From contig CAVUPQ010000004.1 of assembly GCA_963743485.1 (NCBI GenBank), positions 279,292 to 343,291 on the forward strand: 64,000 nt of DNA, read 5' to 3'. Below the pieces are notes generated by a model. That model had not been told where the DNA came from and did no database searches. It saw only the letters and a list, made by a program, of their open reading frames with translations. Positions 48,808-58,213 of the stretch are shown one piece after another; positions within the stretch are counted from its first letter, which is position 1; the number at the start of each line of letters is the position of its first letter. A program made the translations under genes and the position numbers. Source of the stretch: an uncultured Actinomycetota bacterium (GTDB lineage: Bacteria > Actinomycetota > Actinomycetes > Actinomycetales > Demequinaceae).

Positions 48808-49782
48808 ATGACCGTCTCGGTGGCCCTGTGCACCTTCAATGGCGACCGGTTCCTCCCCGAACAAATCGCGAGCATCCACGCCCAGACGGTCCTTCCTGAT
48901 GAGGTGGTCTTCAGCGACGACGGCTCAAGCGACGCAACGCTCGCGCTGATCCGGAGCAGCGGCCTCGAGGCGCGAGGAGTCGACGTGGCGATCCTCGTGA
49001 ACGAAGCTCCGCTCGGCGTGACGAAGAACTTCGAGCAGGCCATCCGCGCTACCACCGGTGACATCGTTGTTCTCTCGGACCAGGACGATGTGTGGAACCC
49101 GGATCGCATCGCGCGCCTCGTCGCCGCGTTCGAGGATGACCACCACCTACTCTTCGTGCACACCGACGCCGAGCTCATCGACGCCGCTTCGCGGTCGACA
49201 GGGCGCACGCTGCTGGGGTCGCTCGGCGTGACGCGACGCGAGCGTCGCGCCCTTCGACGCCGGCGCGCCTTCGACACGTACCTTCGGCGAAACCTCGCGA
49301 CCGGAGCCACCACCGCGTTTCGTCGGTCGCTCATCGAGGCCGCGGAACCGTTCCCCGACCTCTGGGTTCACGACGAGTGGCTCGCCATCGTCGCCTCGGC
49401 GACGGGCCAAGCGACGCTTCTTGACTATCCGACCATCAGGTATCGCCAACACGACAACAATCAGATCGGGGTCGCCGAACGGAGCCTCGGATACAAAGTG
49501 CGCCGCGCGCTGTTTCCCGATCGAGCGCGCAACGCGACACTTGCCGCTCGTGCGGACGCCCTCGCTTCGCGCCTCCAGGACCTCGGCGTCGAACCCACCG
49601 TTCTGGAGCGAGCGCGGCGCAAGGCGGCGTTCGAGCGGGCGAGGGCGGACCTCCCACGGTCGCGCGTGGCTCGGGTTCCGCGGATCGTCGACGCCGCGAT
49701 GCGTGGGCAGTACCGACGTTTCGCAAGCCAGGGACTGCTCGACGTGATTCGCGACCTCGCACGGGGACGAGACCTGGATTGA
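48808..49782 (+). CDS. glycosyltransferase family 2
   Basis: Intact 324-aa ORF: VSVALCTFNGDRFLPEQIASIHAQT, VFSDDGSSD, VVLSDQDDVW. Confidence 0.85.
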   Translation: MTVSVALCTFNGDRFLPEQIASIHAQTVLPDEVVFSDDGSSDATLALIRSSGLEARGVDVAILVNEAPLGVTKNFEQAIRATTGDIVVLSDQDDVWNPDRIARLVAAFEDDHHLLFVHTDAELIDAASRSTGRTLLGSLGVTRRERRALRRRRAFDTYLRRNLATGATTAFRRSLIEAAEPFPDLWVHDEWLAIVASATGQATLLDYPTIRYRQHDNNQIGVAERSLGYKVRRALFPDRARNATLAARADALASRLQDLGVEPTVLERARRKAAFERARADLPRSRVARVPRIVDAAMRGQYRRFASQGLLDVIRDLARGRDLD

Positions 49783-49844
49783 GGCACGTCGCGTGCCGCG
49801 GCGCCCTGCAGAGGCGGCACCCCTCGCGGGGCGCCTGTGCCGAC

Positions 49845-50819
49845 CTACGGGCGGCGGCTTCTCCACCCTTGCCACGCCGATTCGACCATCTCGCGTAGAC
49901 CCAGTTGCGCCCGCCAGCCCAAGGTCTCGCGGATTCGGGAAGCGTCTGCGACGACCGCCGCGGGATCGCCGGAACGACGGTCGAGGATCTCTGCCGGCAA
50001 GGCGACACCCGTCACGCGCGCGATCTCGTCGACGACCTCGCGGACCGACACACCACGGCCGGTGCCGACGTTGAAGACGCCATGGGGCACGGTGTCGCGC
50101 GCATCGAGGTCGTCGAGCACGGCGAGATGGGCGTCGGCGAGGTCCTTCACGTGGACGAAGTCACGGACGCATGTTCCGTCCGCTGTGGGATAGTCGTCGC
50201 CGAAGATCCTGGGCGGAAGCCCCGCGTCGATGCGCTCGAAGACCATCGGGATCAGATTCAGGACGGCCCGATCCGCCAAGACGTTCGACGCCGCGCCTGC
50301 GACGTTGAAGTACCGAAGGCTCCGGACCTTGAGTCCCTGCGAAACGACCGCATCCTTCACCAACCACTCGCCGACGAGTTTCGTCTCGCCGTAGGGGTTG
50401 ACGGGCGAGGTCGGGCTCGACTCGGTCACGCGATCCCCGGAAGACTCGCCGTAGACCGCGGCCGACGAGGAGAAGACCAGGTTCGTCACCGCGGCGGTGT
50501 GCATGGCTTGGAGCACGTTCACCAGGCCGTCCACGTTCTGGCGGTAGTAGTAGGTGGGCCGCTCGATGGACTCATCGACGCGCTTGCGCGCCGCGAGATG
50601 AATGACGCGGTCGACGTCGTATCGGGACATCACATCCGCCACGGCGTCCGCGCTCGCGGCGCTCGCGAGATCGACGACCTCGAGGGGAACCGATGCCGTG
50701 CGCTCCGCTACCCCCGTCGACAGGTCGTCAACGACGACAACCGACTTTCCGCGCTCGATGAGTGCCGCGACGATATGCGCGCCAATGTAGCCGGCCCCGC
50801 CCGTGACGAGAACGGTCAC
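49845..50819 (-). CDS. galE: UDP-glucose (or UDP-GlcNAc) 4-epimerase GalE
   Basis: The GTG at 50819 lies inside ORF 49845..51122: VTVLVTGGAGYIGAH, SSSAAVYG, YGETKLVGE (YxxxK), RYFNVAGA. GTGA overlap with the upstream DUF2304 gene. Confidence 0.88.
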   Translation of the reverse strand: MTVLVTGGAGYIGAHIVAALIERGKSVVVVDDLSTGVAERTASVPLEVVDLASAASADAVADVMSRYDVDRVIHLAARKRVDESIERPTYYYRQNVDGLVNVLQAMHTAAVTNLVFSSSAAVYGESSGDRVTESSPTSPVNPYGETKLVGEWLVKDAVVSQGLKVRSLRYFNVAGAASNVLADRAVLNLIPMVFERIDAGLPPRIFGDDYPTADGTCVRDFVHVKDLADAHLAVLDDLDARDTVPHGVFNVGTGRGVSVREVVDEIARVTGVALPAEILDRRSGDPAAVVADASRIRETLGWRAQLGLREMVESAWQGWRSRRP

Positions 50820-51190
50820 CGACGCGTCGCTCGCTTCGGCGGTGTCGCGGTGGGCTTGGGTGCGCGGGCGATCGCCTCGGCGCGGGCGATCAAGAGGATT
50901 TGCCGATGGACGTGCGCGCGTTCCCGCCGATCGGAGATGGCATAGAGGCCGAAACTCACCGCCAGCCCGTAGAGGAGTAGATCGGCGCCCCGACCGATCC
51001 CGACAGCATTGGCGACTCGATCGGAGAGCTCGGGCGAGATGATCGCCGCAACCGCGGCACACACGACGAGGAGCACTCCGAGGCGCCGAATGGCCATCCT
51101 TCGAGCTCCGCGTCCGGGCCACGCGATTCCGAGCGCGACGACCACGACCGCGAGCGAAAGGACGACCTTGATGACGAGTTGAGACTCCAT
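50816..51190 (-). CDS. DUF2304 domain-containing small membrane protein
   Basis: Intact 124-aa ORF with 3-4 TM helices and GIGRGADLLLYGLAVSF. It is the characteristic partner immediately downstream of a GT2 polyprenyl-phosphate-sugar synthase. Confidence 0.8.
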   Translation of the reverse strand: MESQLVIKVVLSLAVVVVALGIAWPGRGARRMAIRRLGVLLVVCAAVAAIISPELSDRVANAVGIGRGADLLLYGLAVSFGLYAISDRRERAHVHRQILLIARAEAIARAPKPTATPPKRATRR

Positions 51191-51196
51191 GGCGAC

Positions 51197-51868
51197 CTAC
51201 TTGAACACTAGTTCGGAGAGGATGTTGATCGAATTCCAGAGCGACTGGCCCTTGGAGCGCGAGTACTCGGTATAGAGGATCTGCACGGGATGCTCGGCGT
51301 AGCGCAGTCGCGAGGCGCCGATCTGGGCGACGAGCTCCGAGGCGTGAGCCATGCGGCTCTGGGTGATCTCCGTCTTATCGAGCGCCTCGCGGGTCAGGGC
51401 ACGCAGCCCGTTGTGGGCGTCCGTAAGGTGAACACCCGTCGTGAGGTTTCCAAAGACCGCGGCCACGCGGAGCACGAGCCGCTTGAGCCAGCCGATTTCG
51501 GTTCGACGGTCGAGGAATCGCGATCCCAAGACCACATCAAGGTCGCCTTCGCGCAAGCGGGCGACCATGGCCTCGGCGTCGGCGACTTGGTGCTGACCGT
51601 CGGAATCGAAGGTGACCACGTATCGCATCGCAGGGTCCTGGCGTACGTAGTCGAACCCCGTCTGTAGCGCCGCCCCTTGACCGAAGTTGATCGGGTGGCG
51701 GACGACGCGAGCTCCGGCATGTTCGGCGATGGCGGCGGAGTCGTCAGAACTCCCGTCGTCGATGCACGCGATGTTGGGGAAGACTCGGAGGGCGTCACGC
51801 ACCACCGCATCGATCACGGGCGCCTCGTTGTACAACGGAATGACGAGCCACGTGTCCAGGTTGTCCAC
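51197..51868 (-). CDS. GT2 polyprenyl-phosphate hexose/hexosamine synthase (PpgS/GtrB-like)
   Basis: Intact 223-aa ORF: LVIPLYNEAPVI, CIDDGSSDDS, TFDSDGQH. It has no TM tail and is followed by DUF2304 and galE, the same order as M. tuberculosis ppgS(Rv3631)-Rv3632...galE1 as I recall it. Confidence 0.8.
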   Translation of the reverse strand: MDNLDTWLVIPLYNEAPVIDAVVRDALRVFPNIACIDDGSSDDSAAIAEHAGARVVRHPINFGQGAALQTGFDYVRQDPAMRYVVTFDSDGQHQVADAEAMVARLREGDLDVVLGSRFLDRRTEIGWLKRLVLRVAAVFGNLTTGVHLTDAHNGLRALTREALDKTEITQSRMAHASELVAQIGASRLRYAEHPVQILYTEYSRSKGQSLWNSINILSELVFK

Positions 51869-52198
51869 TCGACGGTCCCCTCGTTCGCTCCGGGTGACGG
51901 TGCCCGCCGGTCGTCACCGTCCTCCACGCTCCGTCCCGCGGGGGTGGCTTCACGCCAACCCAAGGGGCCAATGACGGGCGGCGGTCGTCGAGAACAGGTC
52001 CCAGCATACGGGACGGCGCGCAGATCGCAGTGCTCCCGCGAGACCCGCCTCGCGGCGCGGTCACGCGTGTGGTGCCAGGACATGGAGGCGACATCGAGCT
52101 CGCACGGTGAGTCGGTGCGGAGCCTCGAGAAACTCATAGACTAGGCGGACGCATCTGCCAGATGACCAAGGAGATGCACGTGGGATAGGACCACCCGT

Positions 52199-53851
52199 GT
52201 GAACAGCACGAACCGCTCGCGGCGGAAGTCGCCCTCCGTCTCGACCTCCGCGCCGTCGGCGCTCGGCGACATCGCACGCCGGGGATACGGGCGTGCAGCG
52301 GGGCTCCTGACGACCAGAGTCGCCGTCATCGTGCACGTCGCGGTCCTCATCACGGGGACGGCATTTCAGGCAGGCTACATTCACAGGCTGTGGCTCTTCC
52401 GGGACGACTGGTCGTTCATTGACGCGGGCGCGGGGGACGCCTTCGCGCCGCATGTCGGCCACTGGAGCACGGTCCCCCGCCTCCTGTTCCTCGCGCTCCG
52501 AAACGTGTGGGGGATCGACAGCTTCCTCCCGTACGCGATCCCCATCGTGATCGCGCACGGGCTCGTGGTGCACCTGGTCTGGCGAGTCGGCATGCGCTCT
52601 CACGTGGCGCCGTGGATCATGACGGCGCTCTCTGCGCTACTCATGTTCCACGGCAAGGGGAGCGAGAACATCCTCTTTGCCTTCCAGATCGGTTTCGTCG
52701 GGGCGATGGTTCTGGGACTGGTCGCGCTCATGACCCTGGACTCCGACAGGCGAACCCCCGCCCGGTGGGTCCTCGCCGTCGGGCTGCTGACCGTGGCTCT
52801 GGCGTTTGCCGGCACGGCCATCCCCTTCGTGGTGGCCGCCGGCTTCGTGGGATGGCGGCAAGGAGGGTGGCGTCGCGCGGCGGGCCTTGTCGCCGTCCCC
52901 TCCGTCGTCTATGCCGCGTGGTACCTATCAATCGGCCGAGAGTGGCCGACCGCCAGCGGCACGGACGGTCTGGCACACCTCGCTACGGGCGTCCCTGAAT
53001 ATGCGAGCAACATGGTGTTGTTCGGAGTCGGCTCGTGGATGCCGTGGTGGAGTCTCGCGGCGGCGTTCACGGGAGTGCTGTTGGCGTGGGCGCTGGTCTC
53101 CGGAGTCTGGAAGGTCCCGGCAGGACTGCTCCCGACCACGCTCTTGGTGGCGATCGTGGTCTTCGCACTCTCGGCTGGATACTCGCGCCTCGAGCTCGGC
53201 GTCGAGACCGCCCTGAACTCGCGATACCTCTACTTCGTTGTCGCGCTCGCCGCCCCGCTCACCGGGCTCGGGCTCACCGCGCTTGCACGACGGTGGCGTC
53301 GGCTCGTGGGCCCCGTCGCGGGTGCGATATTCGTCGTCGCCGGGATCCAGGGCGTCGGCCTCGCCGCGGCCTTCGACGAACGAGCGGCGGCGACGGGCGA
53401 AACGCGAGAGGTGTTCTCGGCCACTCTCGACTACCTGCACCGATACCCCGATCACTTCGACGTGGCTCAGCGACCGTTCGGCCACGCCGCGCCCGACATG
53501 TCCATCGCATCGCTTGAGTGGATCGAAAACGAGGGTTGGTTCACGCGCGGGGAGTTCCGTCGACCGGTCGAGCTCTCGGCGCTGCTGGCCATGGACCTCT
53601 CCGCGACGACGGAGCCCGGCCCCGCCGTAGGCTGTGCGCCGTGGGACGGCCGCGAACGGCCGCTGGGGGTTCAGCCGTTCGCCGTCGACGTGCCCGAGTC
53701 CGGAAGCCTCGACTTCGTTCTGACCGACGGGAAGACCACCACGCCCGTCCGGACCGTCGACGTCGGCCCCGGCGTCGTCCGCTTCGACGAGCGGGTCGCG
53801 TTCGATCTTCACCTCGTGGGAGCGACAGGCGACGTTTCAATCTGTGCTTAG
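52199..53851 (+). CDS. polytopic membrane protein (550 aa), GT-C-like; paralog of 41217..42566 with extra C-terminal domain
   Basis: Intact ORF (GTG start; the exact start is uncertain). LFRDDWSF after TM1, then APHVGHWSTVP, WGIDSFLPYA and GKGSENILFAFQIGFVGA. The C-terminal 150 aa or so are soluble. Divergent from the PpgS-like module. Confidence 0.7.
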   Translation: MNSTNRSRRKSPSVSTSAPSALGDIARRGYGRAAGLLTTRVAVIVHVAVLITGTAFQAGYIHRLWLFRDDWSFIDAGAGDAFAPHVGHWSTVPRLLFLALRNVWGIDSFLPYAIPIVIAHGLVVHLVWRVGMRSHVAPWIMTALSALLMFHGKGSENILFAFQIGFVGAMVLGLVALMTLDSDRRTPARWVLAVGLLTVALAFAGTAIPFVVAAGFVGWRQGGWRRAAGLVAVPSVVYAAWYLSIGREWPTASGTDGLAHLATGVPEYASNMVLFGVGSWMPWWSLAAAFTGVLLAWALVSGVWKVPAGLLPTTLLVAIVVFALSAGYSRLELGVETALNSRYLYFVVALAAPLTGLGLTALARRWRRLVGPVAGAIFVVAGIQGVGLAAAFDERAAATGETREVFSATLDYLHRYPDHFDVAQRPFGHAAPDMSIASLEWIENEGWFTRGEFRRPVELSALLAMDLSATTEPGPAVGCAPWDGRERPLGVQPFAVDVPESGSLDFVLTDGKTTTPVRTVDVGPGVVRFDERVAFDLHLVGATGDVSICA

Positions 53852-53928
53852 TGCAGCGGGCGCCAACGGCGCGGCGCCTAGAATGAAGACCGCCACGATC
53901 GACGTGCACGAGGGGGCTCAGGGCCACG

Positions 53929-54882
53929 ATGGTTCGCTCGACGCCGGATGCCGCTCCCGCTGCATCGCTCAGCATCCTCATCCCGTTCTTCGGGCGGGAG
54001 GACTTCCTTCGCGAGGCGGTCGGGTCGGTGATGAACCAGTCCGATCCACGCTGGTCGCTCACCGTTGTCGACGACGCCAATCCCGACGTCGGGGCGAGCT
54101 CATGGGTGGCCGAGATCGGCGACCCGCGCGTGACCCTCATTCGGAACTCCGCTAATCGCGGCGTGAGCGGAAACTTCAACCGCTGCGTTGAGCTCGCGTC
54201 GACGACGTGGGTGGTCTTCCTCGGATCCGACGACCGCCTGCTCCCCGACTACGTCGCCGTGCTGCTCGACGCTATAGCCGAGCACCCCGAATCGGACCTC
54301 CTCATACCGCAATCGGCGGTCATTGATCACGACGGCGAACCGGTGATGCCCCTCATCGACCGCGTCAAGCGCCGCCGGCGCGCCCGCCTCGACCGCTCCC
54401 GACCGCTGAGCGGCGAGGCGGCCGCGGCGAGCATCGTGGGAGGCAACTGGGTGTATTTTCCGTCCGTGTGCTGGAAGGTTGACACGATCCGCCGCTACCG
54501 GTTCGACGCGGACTTCTCGACGGTCCAAGACCTCAAACTCATGCTCGACATCTTCCTCGCGGGAGGCGTGGCCACGCTCGTGGATGCCGAGGTCTTCGAG
54601 TACAGGCGGCACGACGCCAGCGTCTCGTCCCGACTCGCATCCACAGGGGACCGATTCGAGCAGGAGGCCACCGTCTTCGCGCTCGCGCGCGCGGCATTCG
54701 CGCGCCTGGGATGGAGGCGAGCGGCCCGGTCCGCCTCCGCGCACCTGACGTCCCGTCTGCACGCGGCTACAGCGCTCGGCGCCCGGCTCGCTCGCTTCCG
54801 CTTCTCGGGGTCGGGCGCGCTCCTGCGCCACGCACTCGGGTCGACGGCGTCGTTGCCCCCTCGGCCGCAGGAGCGGCCGTGA
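53929..54882 (+). CDS. glycosyltransferase family 2
   Basis: Intact 317-aa ORF: LSILIPFFGREDFLREAVGSVMNQS, VVDDANPD, FLGSDDRL. Confidence 0.85.
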   Translation: MVRSTPDAAPAASLSILIPFFGREDFLREAVGSVMNQSDPRWSLTVVDDANPDVGASSWVAEIGDPRVTLIRNSANRGVSGNFNRCVELASTTWVVFLGSDDRLLPDYVAVLLDAIAEHPESDLLIPQSAVIDHDGEPVMPLIDRVKRRRRARLDRSRPLSGEAAAASIVGGNWVYFPSVCWKVDTIRRYRFDADFSTVQDLKLMLDIFLAGGVATLVDAEVFEYRRHDASVSSRLASTGDRFEQEATVFALARAAFARLGWRRAARSASAHLTSRLHAATALGARLARFRFSGSGALLRHALGSTASLPPRPQERP

Positions 54883-56147
54883 CGGGCGCCAAACCAGAGG
54901 CGAGCGGCGCGCGGCGCCTGCTGGTCGCCACCGTCGTGTCGGGCGGATTGGGCTACCTCACGCTGGCGTTCGCCACACACCAGCTCTCGGCCGGGAGCTA
55001 CGCCGCCTTCGCAACGTTCTGGTCCGGGCTGTACCTTGTCGTCGGGAGCGTCAATGGCGTTCAGCAGGAGGTGTCTCGCTCCTCCACGTCCGCGCTCAGG
55101 ACCCCCGTCGAACGGGGGCCGCACACCGCGCTGCGACTCTTCCTCGCCGTCGCCGTCGCGCTCGCGGCTCTAGGCGTGATCGGGGCGCCGTGGGCACACG
55201 ACCTCTTCGGTTCCCACACGTCGGTGAAGATGGTGGTGCTCGTCGCCGGAGCCGTCGCATACTCGGCCCTCGCCGTGTCCGTCGGCCTCCTTTATGCGGC
55301 CGAGTCGTGGCGACTCGTCGCGTGGGCGATCATCGCCGACGGGGCGCTCCGCATCGCTCTCGTGGGCGCCGCCCTGGCCCTCGGCCTCTCGGACATCCTC
55401 GTCGCCCTGTGCGTGGTTGCGCCCTTCCTGATTGTCCATCTCGTCGTCCTTCAGCGACGGGGATGGACCCTGTGGGGCGAAGCCGTCTTCGACGCCCACG
55501 GTTCCCGACTCCTGCGCAACACCGCGAGCGCCGTCCTTGCCGGTGCGGGGATCGCAGCGCTCGTCAGCGGGCTCCCCCTCATACTGGCGTGGGGCATTCC
55601 CGAGGTGGACGACGCGGTCTTGGCGCCGATCATCGTCGCGATTACGCTCGTGCGCGCCCCCCTGGTGATTCCGACCCTCGCCCTCCAGGGCTTCCTCGTG
55701 GTTCGCTACGTGAACCTGGGACGACGGGCGAGCGCCGACGCGACGCGCACCATCGCGGTCGTCGCCGTCGCCGTCGCCCTCGCGACCGTAGGCGCCGCGA
55801 CCGTTGGCGCAGGCCTCGTCGCGTCGGTGTTCGGCGCGGACTATCAGATCGATGCCGGACTACTCGCGTGGATTGTCGCCAGCTCGGGCGCCGTCGCCAC
55901 GCTCACGATCACGGGTGCGCTCGCCCTCGCGCGATCACTCCACCGAACGTACTCCGCGGGCTGGCTCGTGGCGGCGGCTAGTACTGTCGTCCTTGTGATG
56001 ACCCGTGTCGAGTTCCACCACAGGGTCGTGCTCGCCCTCGCCGTGCCGCCGACGATCGGCGTCGCCGTTCACGTCGCTGGCCTGGTCGCGGCGCGTCGCG
56101 CCGAGGATCGGGCGGGGTTTGGTCGCCCGACGCGGGAGCGATCGTGA
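54879..56147 (+). CDS. polysaccharide biosynthesis/flippase-like polytopic protein (Wzx/MOP-superfamily-like by topology)
   Basis: The GTG at 54879 overlaps the upstream stop (GTGA) and is in frame in ORF 54711..56147. About 420 aa, hydrophobic throughout (12 or more TM by eye). Assignment rests on topology and context only. Confidence 0.6.
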   Translation: MTGAKPEASGARRLLVATVVSGGLGYLTLAFATHQLSAGSYAAFATFWSGLYLVVGSVNGVQQEVSRSSTSALRTPVERGPHTALRLFLAVAVALAALGVIGAPWAHDLFGSHTSVKMVVLVAGAVAYSALAVSVGLLYAAESWRLVAWAIIADGALRIALVGAALALGLSDILVALCVVAPFLIVHLVVLQRRGWTLWGEAVFDAHGSRLLRNTASAVLAGAGIAALVSGLPLILAWGIPEVDDAVLAPIIVAITLVRAPLVIPTLALQGFLVVRYVNLGRRASADATRTIAVVAVAVALATVGAATVGAGLVASVFGADYQIDAGLLAWIVASSGAVATLTITGALALARSLHRTYSAGWLVAAASTVVLVMTRVEFHHRVVLALAVPPTIGVAVHVAGLVAARRAEDRAGFGRPTRERS

Positions 56148-57058
56148 AGGTCCTCGTCACCGGAGCAGCAGGAATGCTGGGGGGCGCCATCGCGAGGCAC
56201 CTCGCGACCATTCACGGAGACGACGCCGTCGTGCGGCCCCGGGCCGCGGAGCTGGACCTGCGCGACGGGGAGCGCGTGCGTGCCTTCGTCGACGACAACC
56301 CGGTCGACGCCGTGGTCCACGCCGCGGCGAAGGTGGGGGGCATTCAAGACCGGATCGACCACCCCACGTCCTACCTCCTCGAGAATCTTCAGATCGACAC
56401 GAGCCTGCTGGCAGCATGTGTCGACGCGGGAATCCCGAACGTCTTGTACATCAGCTCTGCAGCGATCTACCCTGCCGCGGCGAGCCAGCCCATTGGCGAG
56501 TCGGCCCTCCTCACCGGGACGCTCGAGGGGCCCCTTGAGTCGTACGCCATCGCGAAGATCGCCGGGACGCGCTTCTGCCAATACGCCTCGGAAGAGTTTG
56601 GCCTCAACTATCGCGTCGCCGTGCCGTCGAACATGTACGGCCCCGGCGAACACCTCGAGCCCGGCCGATCCCACCTCGCCGCCTCGGCGCTCCTCAAGTG
56701 CCACGCTGCGAAGACCGCCGGCGAAACGTCCGTCGAGGTGTGGGGCGACGGAACCGCACGCAGGGAGCTGACGTACGTCGATGACGTTTCCGCCTGGCTC
56801 GCGAGCCAGCTCACCAACCTCGACGGGTGGCCGGCGCTGGTGAATGTCGGCAGGGGCTCGGACAACACGGTGAGGGAGATCTACGAGCAGGCGGCGATCA
56901 CGACGGGGTTCGACGGGGACCTCGTCTTCGACGCGACGAAGCCCGTTGGCGTCGCCCAACGCCTCCTCGACTCGGCCCGGGCACAGTCCCTGGGGTGGAG
57001 TCCGACGACCGACCTGGCTGATGGCATGGCGCGCGCCTACGCGGCCATGTACCCCTGA
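56144..57058 (+). CDS. fcl: GDP-L-fucose synthase (GDP-4-keto-6-deoxy-D-mannose 3,5-epimerase/4-reductase)
   Basis: Intact 304-aa ORF collinear with Fcl/WcaG as I recall it: VLVTGAAGMLGGAI, AAAKVGGI, SSAAIYP, LESYAIAKIAG, VPSNMYGP, VWGDGTARRELTYVDD, DATKPVGVAQRLLD. gmd lies nearby. Confidence 0.8.
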   Translation: MKVLVTGAAGMLGGAIARHLATIHGDDAVVRPRAAELDLRDGERVRAFVDDNPVDAVVHAAAKVGGIQDRIDHPTSYLLENLQIDTSLLAACVDAGIPNVLYISSAAIYPAAASQPIGESALLTGTLEGPLESYAIAKIAGTRFCQYASEEFGLNYRVAVPSNMYGPGEHLEPGRSHLAASALLKCHAAKTAGETSVEVWGDGTARRELTYVDDVSAWLASQLTNLDGWPALVNVGRGSDNTVREIYEQAAITTGFDGDLVFDATKPVGVAQRLLDSARAQSLGWSPTTDLADGMARAYAAMYP

Positions 57059-57115
57059 GTCGATCGGGACGCTCGGGCCAAGCGACGGTCGACGGGCCTC
57101 GGCCGGCCCCCGCGG

Positions 57116-58213
57116 CTAGGCGAGGCCCCTCGCCTTGTCGAAGACGGCAAGCGTCTCGCGGGCGGTCCTCTCCCAGGTGAAGAGCTTGGTCTGCACGAGG
57201 CCCTTGGCTGACAGGGACGCGAGCCACTCGGGCTCGGCCATCGCCCGCTCGAGAGTCGCGGCGATCGAGGCCGGATCCTTGGGGTCGAAGTACCCAGCGG
57301 CGTCGCCCGCGATCTCGCGGAACTCCGAGATGTCAGACATCAGGACCGGCAACCCCAGGTACATGGCCTCAAGCGCGGGAAGGCTCGTGCCGTCGTGGAG
57401 CCCGGGAATTACGAGCGCCGTCGCGTGTTCCAGAAGCCACGCAACCTCGTCGTCCGGAACCCACGACCGGAGGTCTACCCACTCCTGAAGCCCAAGGTCG
57501 GCGATGATCGGCGCGAGCGGATCGGGTCCGCGCGCTCCCGTGATCACGACCTTCGGGCGCCGACTCTCATCGATATGGACGAGCGAGCGCACGAGCCCGG
57601 CCCAGTTCTTGTGTCCGATCCTCTGACCCATGGCGAGGAAGAGCGCCTGCTCCCGGTCCTTCGTCGCGACGCGACGCGCCGTCGGCGGCGTCCCCGCAAG
57701 GCTGACGACGTCAATGCGTTCAGCGGGAAACTTGAGGTACGTCACGATGTCCTCGAGCGACGCCTGACTGTCCGTGATGATCCGCGCGGCGTTGCGAGAC
57801 GCGACCTTCTCCATCCACTGGACGGGCTTGTTGTACATCGGCGTGACCATCAACTCCGGCAGAGCGAAATAGAGGAGGTCGTGCATCGTGTACACCGCCG
57901 GCATCGCGGTCTTGCGGGGCCCGAGCGTGAGCGGGCAGTGAAGCAGATCCGCGCCAACCCTCGCCGCGGCGGGGCCGGCGCGGAAGAGTTCTCCCCACGC
58001 CCAGATGAAGCGATTCTCACCCGTGATTCCGCTGTTGATGACCTCGCCCGGGAACCACGGCGCTCCCATGGCGGCAAGCTCCTTGCTCGCCCACGCGACG
58101 AAGGTGTGACCCGTGTCAAGGGCGCCGATCGAGGCGTAGAGCTCGCGGACATACTTCTCCATGCCGCCTTTGAGTCCCGTGTAGGAAAGCAGATCAACGA
58201 AGATCTTTGCCAA
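57116..58213 (-). CDS. glycosyltransferase family 4 (GT-B)
   Basis: The TTG at 58213 is preceded by GGAGGAG and lies inside ORF 57116..58573: LAKIFVDLLSYTGLKGGMEKYVRELY. C-terminal GT-B motif: IPGLHDGTSLPALEAMYLGLPVLMSDISEFREIAGDAA. Confidence 0.8.
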   Translation of the reverse strand: MAKIFVDLLSYTGLKGGMEKYVRELYASIGALDTGHTFVAWASKELAAMGAPWFPGEVINSGITGENRFIWAWGELFRAGPAAARVGADLLHCPLTLGPRKTAMPAVYTMHDLLYFALPELMVTPMYNKPVQWMEKVASRNAARIITDSQASLEDIVTYLKFPAERIDVVSLAGTPPTARRVATKDREQALFLAMGQRIGHKNWAGLVRSLVHIDESRRPKVVITGARGPDPLAPIIADLGLQEWVDLRSWVPDDEVAWLLEHATALVIPGLHDGTSLPALEAMYLGLPVLMSDISEFREIAGDAAGYFDPKDPASIAATLERAMAEPEWLASLSAKGLVQTKLFTWERTARETLAVFDKARGLA

